Positions 1 to 9,938 of a DNA stretch of 64,000 nt are shown in pieces (within the stretch, counting starts at the first letter, position 1; each line of letters starts with the position of its first letter). The position numbers and the translations under genes are program-made. The stretch is taken from contig OZ024743.1 of assembly GCA_964016885.1 (NCBI GenBank), positions 225,060,001-225,124,000 of the forward strand, given 5' to 3'. The notes beneath the pieces are model-generated. The model made no database searches and was not told the origin of the DNA. It was given only the letters and a program-made list of their open reading frames with translations. The DNA comes from Eledone cirrhosa. Lineage: Eukaryota.

Positions 1-438
1 AAACTTTGCATTTGGGACACAAAATGGAGTTTCTACCTACGCCTTTCCTACACACTGCGCATGGCCACTTCCCGGAGGGGACCGCCGCCTTATTTTCTTT
101 CTTACAAACTAGAACTTTAGTCTTAGCCAGGTTAATTTTAAGGCCTTTTGATTCTAGGCCGTGCTTCCATGTTTGGAATTTCTTCTCTAGCTCGGCCATT
201 GATTCAGCTATGAGCGTTAGATCATCTGCGTATAGGAGTTCCCATGGGCAGCCGGTCTTGAACTCCACTGTTATAGCCTGGAGGGCAATAATAAATAGTA
301 GGAGGCTAAGAACAGAGCCCTGATGAACACCAACTTTTACACTAAACTCTTCACTATATTCGTTGTTAATTCTAACCTTGCTGACTGTTTCTTTATACAT
401 GGCTTGTATAGCTCTCACAAGCCATTCATCAACACCTA
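1..438 (-). mobile_element. RTE-clade LINE family A fragment (RT core), runs off window start, 5'-truncated at (TA)n
   Basis: Near-identical to 51421-51857; minus strand encodes GVHQGSVLS and ELLYADDL; ends at (TA)n/(GA)n. Confidence 0.93.
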
Positions 439-451
439 TATATATATATAT

Positions 452-492
<41 letters not shown>
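439..492. repeat. (TA)n(GA)n microsatellite
   Basis: Direct reading. Confidence 0.95.
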
Positions 493-494
<2 letters not shown>

Positions 495-506
495 TGTAAA
501 TGCATA

Positions 507-612
507 TGACATAGTGGTTAGAGTTGAATTCACAATCATGAGGTTGTGAGTTTGATTCCCAGACTGGGCGATGTATTGTGTCCTTGAGCAAGACACTTTA
601 TTTTATGCTGTA
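507..612 (+). mobile_element. tRNA-derived SINE head (family B)
   Basis: A-box-like tagtggttaga, B-box-like gtttgattccc, then tgtgtccttgagcaagacactt; related pieces near 35890, 43640 (-) and 48435. Confidence 0.6.
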
Positions 613-1566
613 CCAGTTTTTACCTTTTCCTTGCAATGTCTTGGTTACCCACTTTGTATGTATACAGATATAACTTTACATGCACTTTGGTTGCTAGAGC
701 ACTTCTTAAAATATATGTGTATGTGCATATGTGTGCACATGTGTGTGTGTGTATATATATATATATTATGTCTGCTTTCCATGCTAACATATGTTATATA
801 GGTTGTCATGGTCCAAGACTAGAAGGCACAGAGAGACCACCATTTGTTCATTTTAACCATATTTTGACATGGTTTTTATGGCTGGAAGCTCTTCCTAACG
901 TCAACTGTTTTATAGAGTGAATTGGGTACATTTTATCATAACACCAGCACTATGACTTACAGTTGTAATTACCACTGAATATTATATAGAACACTCAGAG
1001 CAGAGGAACTCAGGTGCGTTAACAACTATCAAATAGTATGAAAAAAACAGGTAGATAGAGCTTATTAGCTTCGGTTAGCAGTCTGTTGAGGGGAAGGATC
1101 ACTCTGATTTCAAACAGATGGAACTCCTTAGTCACATTGGTGACAACCTTTCATGTGGCCAATGGTTTCATTTGTGATAAAGTCAGATGAGCTGCAGCTT
1201 GATATCCAGCTTCTGATGAAGATTCAGGACCTACCAACATCACTTTTTTCCTGATGAAAATTATGAACATACAGCATCATATAGATTATTGGTGCTATTG
1301 TTCATGGACCCCAACCCTCAGTAATAAAGATGGGAAGAGACCAGACCAGTCTTTTGGGCAGAATCTAGTTAATAAAAGAATTCTTTTATTCATTTAATAG
1401 TTTCAGCTATTAAGCTGTGGCCATACTGGGGCACTTCCTTGAAGAGATTAAGTTAACCATATTAACTTCTATACTTATTGTTTCAAGACTGGTACTTATT
1501 CTATCAATTTTTTTTCATCTAACTGCTACATTGTTGGACATATACATACAGCATACATATATACAT

Positions 1567-1611
<45 letters not shown>

Positions 1612-1653
1612 ATGATATTAAATAAATGGAAACTATATTTATAAAACCATATT

Positions 1654-1715
1654 TATTCTATTATATATATTTTAAGGGTACCAAAAACTTTGGTACGCTT
1701 TCATCAGATAAAATA
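1654..1715 (-). ncRNA. Mirror hammerhead copy with GAAA changed to AAAA (predicted inactive)
   Basis: Reverse complement of 1839-1900 with the core substitution at 1673. Confidence 0.75.
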
Positions 1716-1838
1716 CAAAGTGTGTTTTATAAATTTTGACATAGCCAAGGAACATACCTTATCAGTTGAATTTTCCTTGGATAGTCAACTGATAAGGTAT
1801 GTTCCTTGGCTATGTCAAAATTTATAAAACACACTTTG

Positions 1839-1900
1839 TATTTTATCTGATGAAAGCATACCAAAATTTTTGGTACCCTTGAAATATATATAATAGAATA
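1839..1900 (+). ncRNA. Minimal type-I hammerhead ribozyme
   Basis: tattttat-CTGATGA-aag..taccaaaatttttggta..ctt-GAAA-tatata-TA-atagaata; 8-bp stem I, palindromic stem III, AATAAA at 1897. Confidence 0.85.
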
Positions 1901-2245
1901 AATATGGTTTTATAAATATAGTTTCCATTTATTTAATATCATTGAATATTTACTCCAGAAATCTGTCGAGTGCCCTGAATCAGTTATAAACATTTATATT
2001 TGTTGAATTTCCAACAAATTAAATATCCCTTCTGCTTATATATATATATATGATAAGCTTTTGCAGTTTCCATCTACCAAATTTCAGTCACAAGGCATTG
2101 GTCAACCCGACGGTATAGTAGATAATATTTGCCCAAGGTACTATGCTGTATAACTGAACTCAAAGCCAAATGGCTACAAAGTAAAGTTCTTGACCACTCA
2201 GTCATGACTTATACTTATAATAACTTAAGTTTGTCATTAAAAACA

Positions 2246-2455
2246 TGGCGGTGGATTTGCAGAATTGGTAGAGTGTTGGACACCCTGCTTCATGGGATAG
2301 ATACGTCCCTTAATGTTCTGAGTTCAAATCCCACTGAGGTTAGCTTTGCCTTTCATCTTTACGGGGTCGCTAAATAAAGTACCAGTAATGCACTGGAGTC
2401 AATCGACTTTCCCTCCCTGAAAATTGTTGACCTTGTGCCTAAATTAGAAACCATT
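2246..2455 (+). mobile_element. tRNA-derived SINE (family A)
   Basis: B-box gagttcaaatccc followed by conserved ctttgcctttcatc..ggggtcg..aataaagtaccag; about 20 copies in the window. Confidence 0.85.
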
Positions 2456-2506
2456 ACAAACAGATTCTGATTACAAATGATAACAATTAGGATTACTTTC
2501 TCTCTT

Positions 2507-4450
2507 AGGCGTTCGATAGGGTCGACCATGGTTACCTGGATGCGGTGCTAGCGGCGGCAGGCTTCGGACCCGTTTTCAGGGGCTGGATCACTGCTATGCA
2601 CAGCAGCCGCATCTGCTCTAGGGTCAAGGTGAACGGCTACCTCTCGGAGCCGTTCAAAATCGCGCGGTCCATCCGACAAGGGTGCCCTCTCTCCTCCCTT
2701 CTGTATGTGTTGACTCTCGAGCCACTACTGCGGAAGTTGGAGTTGTTGCAGGGCATCCCTTTGGAACCGGGATTGCGGAAAGCGGTGTCAGCCTACGCCG
2801 ATGATGTGACAGTAATGGTGTCGACGGCCTCCGAAATCGAGGCGGTCGGCACCTTACTGGAGGAGTACGAAAAGTTCACAGGGGCTAAGCTGAACCGGGA
2901 CAAGTCGATCGGTTTGCAACTCGGCACGTGGAGGGGCAGACCGATGCCCTCCGATGGCGTCGTCGGACGCTGGACGGAGGGCCCGGTGAAGTTGCTCGGG
3001 GTCTGGTTCGGACCGGACCTCCAGGTGGAGAAAAACTGGGCGGAGGTTACGAACAGGGTGTTTGCACTGACCCAGAAGTGGGCCAGTTGCAAACTATCCC
3101 TGAAAGGTCGGGCGGAGGTGGCGAACACTTATATAGCATCCGTCATCTACTACCGCCTGACCGTAGTGCCCTGCCCAAGGGAAACCCTCACCAAGATGGA
3201 GCGCGCGCTCTTCCAATTCCTTTGGAAGGGGCGGGCTCCTATGGTGAGGAGATCCATCTGCTGTCAACACCCTTCGAAAGGAGGGCTGGGGATGCCGTGG
3301 CTAATGATGCGTAAACACGCATTAAGGCTACGGCACCTCTACGTATTCCTCACCGGACAACCGGTGTGGGCCTCGTTTGTGAGACGAACCTTTCCCAGAC
3401 TCGTCTCACTCACCGAGCTGCAATCCTGGGTCAAGCAAAGACCGAGAAAACTGGGCGCCTGGCACACTGAGTGTGCCCAGGCGCTCACCGCCCTCTGGCA
3501 GGCGGATCCGGTTATCAGTGGAGACTCCACCGCAACATTCTATAGAGGGCTGGTACGCAGCAGGTGCGACGACGCCCTCGGAGAAGCCCTAGACATGGAG
3601 GAGGACGAACTGGCCAGCCTGTTCGGTAGGACATTCAGCCCGGGACCTATGGACAACTTCCAGAAGTCCCTGGCCTGGCAGTGCTACCGAGGGGCTTTAC
3701 CCGTTCGAGAAAGGCTCTACAGACACGGGCGCCCGGGTAGGGACCCCGCCAAAAAGATCTGTCCCAGATGCGTGTGCGACGAGGAAACCGTTGCACACGC
3801 ATTGGTACACTGCTCGGGCGTAGCCGATCTGTGGGGCTATGTCGAACAACTGCTGTCAAGGGTGGGACCGATCCGGTTGACCACCGAGTCTATTGTAATG
3901 ATCAAGCCGCCTCCCCCCTTCAAAGATGAAGCAGAGGCGGTGTTTCTGTGCGTAATAGCCATGGCGAAAGAGGTTGTATGGTGGACGCGTCTGAAAGGAC
4001 TGAGGTCAGGCACCTTTCTCTCTGGCCAACAACTGGTCCGTTTCTTCCGATATCATTTCGGAAGAAGGATCAGGATGGAGAGAGAGGTGCTGCACCCCAG
4101 TCGTTTTTATGAAAGGTGGGTGAAAGTGGCGAGAATGGCCCGTGTGAATGGGCCTTCTCTTTACATAAGCCTGTAGGTGGAAAAGAGGAAGGAACGAGGG
4201 AGCACCCCCTCTCTGTGCTCCTGAGGAAAAGGGTTGCACACTTTTTTCGGGGGTGTGTGCGACCCCCCAAGGCGCCTCCTCTCTATTGAGGATTTTGTTA
4301 AAAATTTTATTTTTTGTTATATCTTATTTTATTTTTATATTTTGTTATTGCCTCCTCCTTATTGAGGACGCCTTTTTGTGTAAACTCCCCCCTTTGTACT
4401 TGTCCCACTTTTGATGCCCTAGTGGCAAATAAAAGAAACTTATCTATCTA
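2507..4450 (+). mobile_element. L1/Tx1-type non-LTR retrotransposon, 5'-truncated
   Basis: Starts at AFDRVDHGYL; IRQGCPLS, AYADD, GGLGMP, C-terminal CPRC..ETVAHALVHC knuckle; 3'UTR ends AATAAAAGAAAC + tatcta; GC-rich versus flanks. Confidence 0.92.
2509..4176 (+). CDS. ORF2 C-terminal part (reverse transcriptase + zinc knuckle), uninterrupted
   Basis: 543-aa ORF in track, extends upstream to the truncation point; no endonuclease domain. Confidence 0.85.
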   Translation, partial: AFDRVDHGYLDAVLAAAGFGPVFRGWITAMHSSRICSRVKVNGYLSEPFKIARSIRQGCPLSSLLYVLTLEPLLRKLELLQGIPLEPGLRKAVSAYADDVTVMVSTASEIEAVGTLLEEYEKFTGAKLNRDKSIGLQLGTWRGRPMPSDGVVGRWTEGPVKLLGVWFGPDLQVEKNWAEVTNRVFALTQKWASCKLSLKGRAEVANTYIASVIYYRLTVVPCPRETLTKMERALFQFLWKGRAPMVRRSICCQHPSKGGLGMPWLMMRKHALRLRHLYVFLTGQPVWASFVRRTFPRLVSLTELQSWVKQRPRKLGAWHTECAQALTALWQADPVISGDSTATFYRGLVRSRCDDALGEALDMEEDELASLFGRTFSPGPMDNFQKSLAWQCYRGALPVRERLYRHGRPGRDPAKKICPRCVCDEETVAHALVHCSGVADLWGYVEQLLSRVGPIRLTTESIVMIKPPPPFKDEAEAVFLCVIAMAKEVVWWTRLKGLRSGTFLSGQQLVRFFRYHFGRRIRMEREVLHPSRFYERWVKVARMARVNGPSLYISL

Positions 4451-5241
4451 AGATGTACCATCATTCTTCATACAGAAGTATTATATTACATGACTGAGAA
4501 TTATTATATAAATCTAACAAAAATGATAAATAAATATAAGTCAAAATCATCTTTTACTTCTGTTTTTCCATGTTGGCATAGATTGCACTGGTTGTTACAA
4601 ATCAAGTCAGTACTTAATAAGGACTACTGTCCTTTTTAACTGGCTTCAAGCTCATCTCACTTACATGTTCCAGTTTTGGTATGTTTTGTACAGCTAAATG
4701 TCTCCCCCCCCCCTAACACCAACCATTTTAAAGACTGTACTGCATGCATATTATTGTAGCACCAGCACTAGGGAGGCTGTCATGTCCTAGACACACAACT
4801 GAAGATTCCTCTCAACACTTTGTTTGTCAGGTTTTCTATGGAGAGATGCCTTTCCTACTATCAACCACTTTACAGAGTGTACTGGGTGCATTTTCCATGG
4901 TAGTAGCATAGTTGTTGGGTCATTGACTTGACTTAAATACCCTCTACCTTATGTTATTACTGGTTAAATGTCAATCAGTTTACAGAGAGTGCAAGGTGCA
5001 TGTTATAGTGGAACCAAAACTAAAGAGGGGACCTTGTTTTAAGGCAAAAACGTGTTTGAGGGTGAGAACAGGAGTGGAGGATTAAAATGTAACAGGGATG
5101 TTTGAGAGAAGAATGTTAAGTTTAAACAGAGTGATGTGAAGGAAAGAAGAGAGTAAAAAAAAAATATATATATATATATATATACAGAGGTAGAACACTG
5201 GAAGGTAATATCCGTAGTGGTAGAGCACTCAGTCCATGGGA

Positions 5242-5279
5242 CGAGCTGAGGATCCGCAAAGGTGAAACAATTGTTCTCG
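5242..5279 (+). ncRNA. Minimal type-I hammerhead ribozyme in a 127-bp insert (5185-5311) flanked by (TA)n
   Basis: cgag-CTGAGGA-tcc gcaaa ggt-GAAA-caattg-TT-ctcg; palindromic stem III; stem I extendable (ccat/atgg). Confidence 0.78.
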
Positions 5280-5308
5280 GTATGGTGAACTAACTGTTGT
5301 GTAACCAC

Positions 5309-5358
<50 letters not shown>

Positions 5359-6189
5359 CACATGCTAGCATGGAAATGGATGTTAAATGATGAAGATTAT
5401 GATTATATATATATATACACACACACGCACAAGAAATTGATAGTAGTGTGCATTTTAGTAACAGGGATCAGATGTGTATCAGAGTGAGCAATGTTAATCA
5501 GGAAGAGGTTCCAAATAAAAAGACAATGATTAATTGTATTTCTAAAATAGAATGCTCTCTCTTAAAAAAAAAATATGAAACTTAATTAGTGACAATCATT
5601 ACATAACCAAGGAAACAATCTTACATTCTACCCTTCATTACGAATGAGCAACACACAACTAACAAACCACAAATATATTGTGTGTATTCAGTTTAAAGAA
5701 AGTAAACAATATCCCTGTGTGTTGTAAGAGGTGACTAAAGTGTTGACACCAAGAAGGGCATTCAACTTTAATATATTTCAACATAAAGGACACTATGGAG
5801 TGTATGAAGGCTCAAATAGGGCCCACAAGGATAACATCTACTTTAGCAGGAAAGACGACCTTAAAACACAACAATCACTATAAATTCCTCAATATCAGAT
5901 GGTCTCTCAACATAACAACACAGATCATCAGCATCGTTTTGTTATTGTTATTGCCACCACTGATGATCTTTCATGGTGACCACATATATTACATCAGCAG
6001 CAGCAGCAGCATCTCTATTAACACCACCATCACCAACACCACTACCATCATCATTACCAAACACCCCTATCCCCACCACTATCAATAGCAATAACAACAA
6101 CACTATATCTCCACCATCATAATCATCATCAATTAGACCTTGTACTTGCATTGGACCCAATTGTGACTGTGCCACATATTCAACTTCAT

Positions 6190-6367
6190 CATCAATGTTG
6201 TCACAACTCCAGTCTTTTATCATCAGTGTTTTAAGCCTGTCAGTGTTGTCACAACACCAGTCCTCCATCATCAGTGTTTTAAGCCTGTCAACATTGTCAC
6301 AGTACCAGTCTTCCATGATCAATGTTTTAAGTCTATCAGTATTGTCTCAACACTAGTTCTCCATCAG
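6190..6367. repeat. ~48-bp tandem repeat, ~3.5 diverged copies
   Basis: catcagtgttttaagcctgtcagtgttgtcacaacaccagtc unit recurs. Confidence 0.8.
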
Positions 6368-7371
6368 GATATATAAGAATATTTTGTTAAGCTATGTTAT
6401 AAATTCCTTCTTAACAATCAAATAATAATTTTAGTGTATTCTTCACTAATCAATTAGAAATATGGTAATGAAAAGGTTAATTCATGGATTTAATCATTTC
6501 ATAAATGAAAAATATCCTTAAATATTCATGAGGGATATGAAATAATGAAAATGATTGTGTAGTGCTCAGGTGCACCACAACTCATCAAAAGGTGCATGTA
6601 TCATACACAGAATAATGTACAAATGTCAGGAAAGTGAACAGTGTATGAGTCATGATATACACACAGACACACACACATGTGTGTGCATGTGTATGGAGGG
6701 GGAATATCAGGTGGGGTGTTAGTGAATTTCAGGAAGCATGGAAGTTTTGAAGGATGCAGTGTCCTGGCAGCTAACAACTGATGCAGGTAGTTTGTTTCAT
6801 GCTTCAGCAACTCTGACCGTGAAAAAATGTTTCCAAAAGTCATGGGAGCTGTACTGTTTTCTGATTTTGTAAACAGGTCCATGGGTGACATATAGAATTC
6901 AAAAAGGTGGTTAGGGTTGTTATTGGAAAGTAATTTTTTCTTTAATTTGGAATCAGCCAAGTTATATATAAAATATTGCATGTTGATTATCAGTACAACA
7001 AGCATTTCAAAAAACTTTTAAAGCCAATTTCCCTGCTAAAGCAGGGATTAGCCTTGCAAACCATATGACAAGCTTCTCTATCATTTGCATCACCTCAATC
7101 ACCAAACCCATAGTTTTCATGTTCCCCTCCATCATCTTTAGCTATATTTTTCTTCATCTTCTCCTCCCTCTAATTCCTTCCACATCCATTTCTATCACTT
7201 TCTTACCCAATCACTTTACATGTGGCCCAGCCATCTTATTCCACTTCTTTACTGAACATTCATCATTGGCTCTATTCTCATCATTCCCATCATTCTCAGC
7301 AATTCATTGGTTGCTTCCTTCCTCTCAGTAATACACTGTTCATCAACTGAAACACTCAGACATTATATATA

Positions 7372-7560
7372 GGCAGTGGATTGCCAGTATCGGTAGAGTG
7401 TAAGACATCATGCTTTGCAGCATAAAGTTATGGACCTTTACGTTCTGAGTTCAAATCCTGCCGAGGTTAACTTTGCCTTTCATCCTTAAGGGGTCGATAA
7501 AATAAAGCACCAGTAATGCACTGGGGTAATTGCTGGCCTTGTGCCAAAAGTAGAAACAAA
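7372..7560 (+). mobile_element. SINE family A
   Basis: Same head, core and tail as 2246-2455. Confidence 0.88.
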
Positions 7561-7854
7561 TTATATACAAGAATTTATTTAATGTCTGAGTACTAAATAC
7601 TTTTCCCAATCATTCCTCATAATAGTCATAATGTTTTATAATCCCTTTACATTTACATCTATTCAGCAACTATCAATATACAGGATATTATAATCTGAAT
7701 ATTATCCACACTCAGGAGTGTTTTGAAAATTCAAAATAATAAAAGAAAATAATAAAAGAAATCCATATGTAAAAACACCTTAGAAACTTTCTATGAAATG
7801 CAACCTCATATGAAGCAAGTGAAACCTACATGGTTGTGAGCTGTAAATTTCATT

Positions 7855-8288
7855 TCCTTTTGGTACCATGACAAGGTGTGCCTAACCCACACTGTAAAGT
7901 GGTTGTGTTAGTGTTACAACAAAAAGCATCCAGCCCATACTGTAAAGTGGTTATGTTGGTTCATGACAAAAAACACCCAGTCCACACTGTAAAGTGGTTG
8001 CATTGGTGCCATAACAATCCACACTATAAAGTGGTCATGTAGGTGTCACAACAAAGAGCACCCAGTCCACACTGTAAAGTGGTCATGTAGGTGTCACAAC
8101 AAAAAGCACCCAGTACACACTGTAAATGTGGTTAGCATTAGGAAGATCATCCAGCCATAGAAACCAAGCCAAAATCAGTTCTGTGTGAGCAAAACATGGT
8201 TCTCTGACCTGGGTTTTCTCACAATGGGACAGCTCATGTAACCCATGCTAGTTTGGAGAATGGACATTAAACGATGATGATGATGATG
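7855..8288 (+). mobile_element. Non-coding RTE 3'-tail element with internal ~50-bp tandem units and (GAT)n tail
   Basis: cacactgtaaagtggt repeated ~6x, then ggaag..catccagc..acattaaacgatgatga, as in the RTE-A 3'UTR. Confidence 0.7.
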
Positions 8289-8374
8289 TATATAAGAGAG
8301 AGATGATAGTTAGATAGATAAACTATGGAAGTATATGTATCTATAATATATATATACATGTATAAATATATATA

Positions 8375-8614
8375 TTAATACATGGTAAACTATGCATATA
8401 TTTTTGTAAAATACTTAATTTTCATGATGCTAGTCTTTCATAGGTGAATCTTATTACTGGATGTGATGCACTCATGCTAAATTAACCTCAGTCATTTCTG
8501 GGATTTTGTTTGATGAAAATATATGCCTAGTTTACCATGTATTAAAATATATTACCACTGTTTAAATATCCAGGTTTCATTCTTTCATAATTAAACATTC
8601 ATACTCAGGTAACA

Positions 8615-8615
<1 letters not shown>
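8375..8615 (+). mobile_element. Inverted-copy + tail insert next to (TA)n (Penelope-like architecture)
   Basis: 30-bp inverted arms 8375-8404 and 8516-8545, tail to 8615; no intact hammerhead core. Confidence 0.5.
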
Positions 8616-8670
<55 letters not shown>

Positions 8671-8672
<2 letters not shown>

Positions 8673-8859
8673 AGATAAGCAGAACAAGTAAAAATTCAAT
8701 CAATTTTTCAAAATAAATCAAAATTAATATACAATCAAAATTAATCAAAATTAAAAAATATAATATAAATATTTACCTATTCTAATGGCCCTAACTGTAC
8801 AGTTTCACGGTGCAAAACATTAAATATCACCAGGATATTAATGGAAAAGCAACGATCAT

Positions 8860-8862
<3 letters not shown>
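8671..8862 (-). ncRNA. 5'-truncated hammerhead insert between (TA)n tracts
   Basis: Minus strand TTGATGA-tcg..long stem II..cgt-GAAA-ctgtacag-TT-agggcc; 5' strand of stem I lost. Confidence 0.65.
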
Positions 8863-8897
<35 letters not shown>

Positions 8898-8899
<2 letters not shown>

Positions 8900-9195
8900 A
8901 ACTATAGTTATCTTGCCTGATGGTTTGAACTTTACAACACAACCTGCCTCTTTGAGGTCAAATACCAACCCTACTACCATCTACAAACTGACCAATGAGA
9001 ATCAAGACTATTCCTGCTGACAACAGTAAATTATTCCTAACAAGCTTATATGTCCCAAGGCTCTGATACCATCAACACTATAAACACAGAGCTGGCATAT
9101 CTAAGAACTGACTAACTGCCTGATGAGGTCATAGCCATTCAATGGCTATCATCGAAATATATATAGCAGTAAATAAAGCATTTATGTTTCGTCAC
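8898..9195 (+). mobile_element. Penelope-like element 3' end (GIY-YIG C-terminus + hammerhead)
   Basis: Encodes ..TIVILPDGLNFTT..* (PxGLN ends PLE GIY-YIG domains), then hammerhead and AATAAA; flanked by (TA)n. Confidence 0.7.
9115..9170 (+). ncRNA. Minimal type-I hammerhead ribozyme
   Basis: actgc-CTGATGA-ggtc atagccat tca atggctat catc-GAAA-tatata-TA-gcagt; AATAAA at 9172. Confidence 0.9.
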
Positions 9196-9204
9196 TATAT
9201 ATAT

Positions 9205-9904
9205 ATCATCATCATCATCGTTTAAGGTCCATGTTCCACGCTTGCATGGGTTTGGACGGGAGTTTTCCCACTTGAGGCAAGAGTGGTTGTCATTGCTCGC
9301 ATAGGACTGTCTGGCGGGTTTTCTACAGCTGGATGCCCTTCCTAACACCAACCACATTTACAGTGTGGGCTGGGAGGTTTTTACCGTGTTGCCTACACGG
9401 CCACATTACAGCGTGGACTGTGTGTTTCTTTTGTCGTGACACCTTCTCTATTACTGAGTACCGCCAAAGGTCTCGGTCCAGTAACATTGTCTTGGAGAGG
9501 TGTAAGTGTGTGAGGTCGGAATTTATCAGCTCGTCCCAGGTTTTTCTGGGTCTGCCTACTCCGTGGCTACCGTCTATCTTTATTGCCCTGCACTTTGTTA
9601 TACAGCTGTCGTCTTTCATGCGCATCACGTGACCATACCAACGTAGCCTTCTCTCGAGTAAACAACATCTGATCCCTCTTATTTCTAATTTTTTCCTTAG
9701 TTCGTTTATGCTTTGCCGTTCACGTATATTACTATTACACATCCAGCGGAGCATGCAAGCTACATTCCTCTCTAGTCTGCATATATCCTCTGCACACAAT
9801 GCCCAGGTCTCACTGCCATGCAACATTGCTGTTCGTATGCAGGCATCATACAACCTGCCTTTCATTTTTAGGGAGAACCCTTTAGCGGCTAATAGTGGTA
9901 TAAG

Positions 9905-9909
<5 letters not shown>
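9205..9909 (-). mobile_element. RTE family A 3' fragment with 3'UTR deletion
   Basis: KGRLYDACIRTAMLHGSETW..RLRWYGHVMR..GRPRKTW; (GAT)n tail. Confidence 0.93.

Positions 9910-9936
<27 letters not shown>

Positions 9937-9938
<2 letters not shown>

Larger units (their letters stand above)
1611..2037 (+). mobile_element. Penelope-like terminal-repeat insert: 159-bp inverted arms plus unique tail, between (TA)n tracts
   Basis: Arms 1611-1769 and 1785-1943 are near-perfect reverse complements with a 15-nt loop; each arm holds a hammerhead motif; tail 1944-2037. Confidence 0.75.

Noticed and set aside
6-323. Plus-strand ORFs over RTE copies (also 10935, 24244, 50975, 51299, 57615)
   Set aside because: Antisense shadows of the LINE ORF
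1206-1275. CTGATGA..GAAA hammerhead candidate
   Set aside because: Possible stem II (tcagga/tcctga) but no UH site or stem I partner
7372-7470. tRNA genes at SINE heads
   Set aside because: A/B boxes only; no complete cloverleaf, and they continue into SINE body
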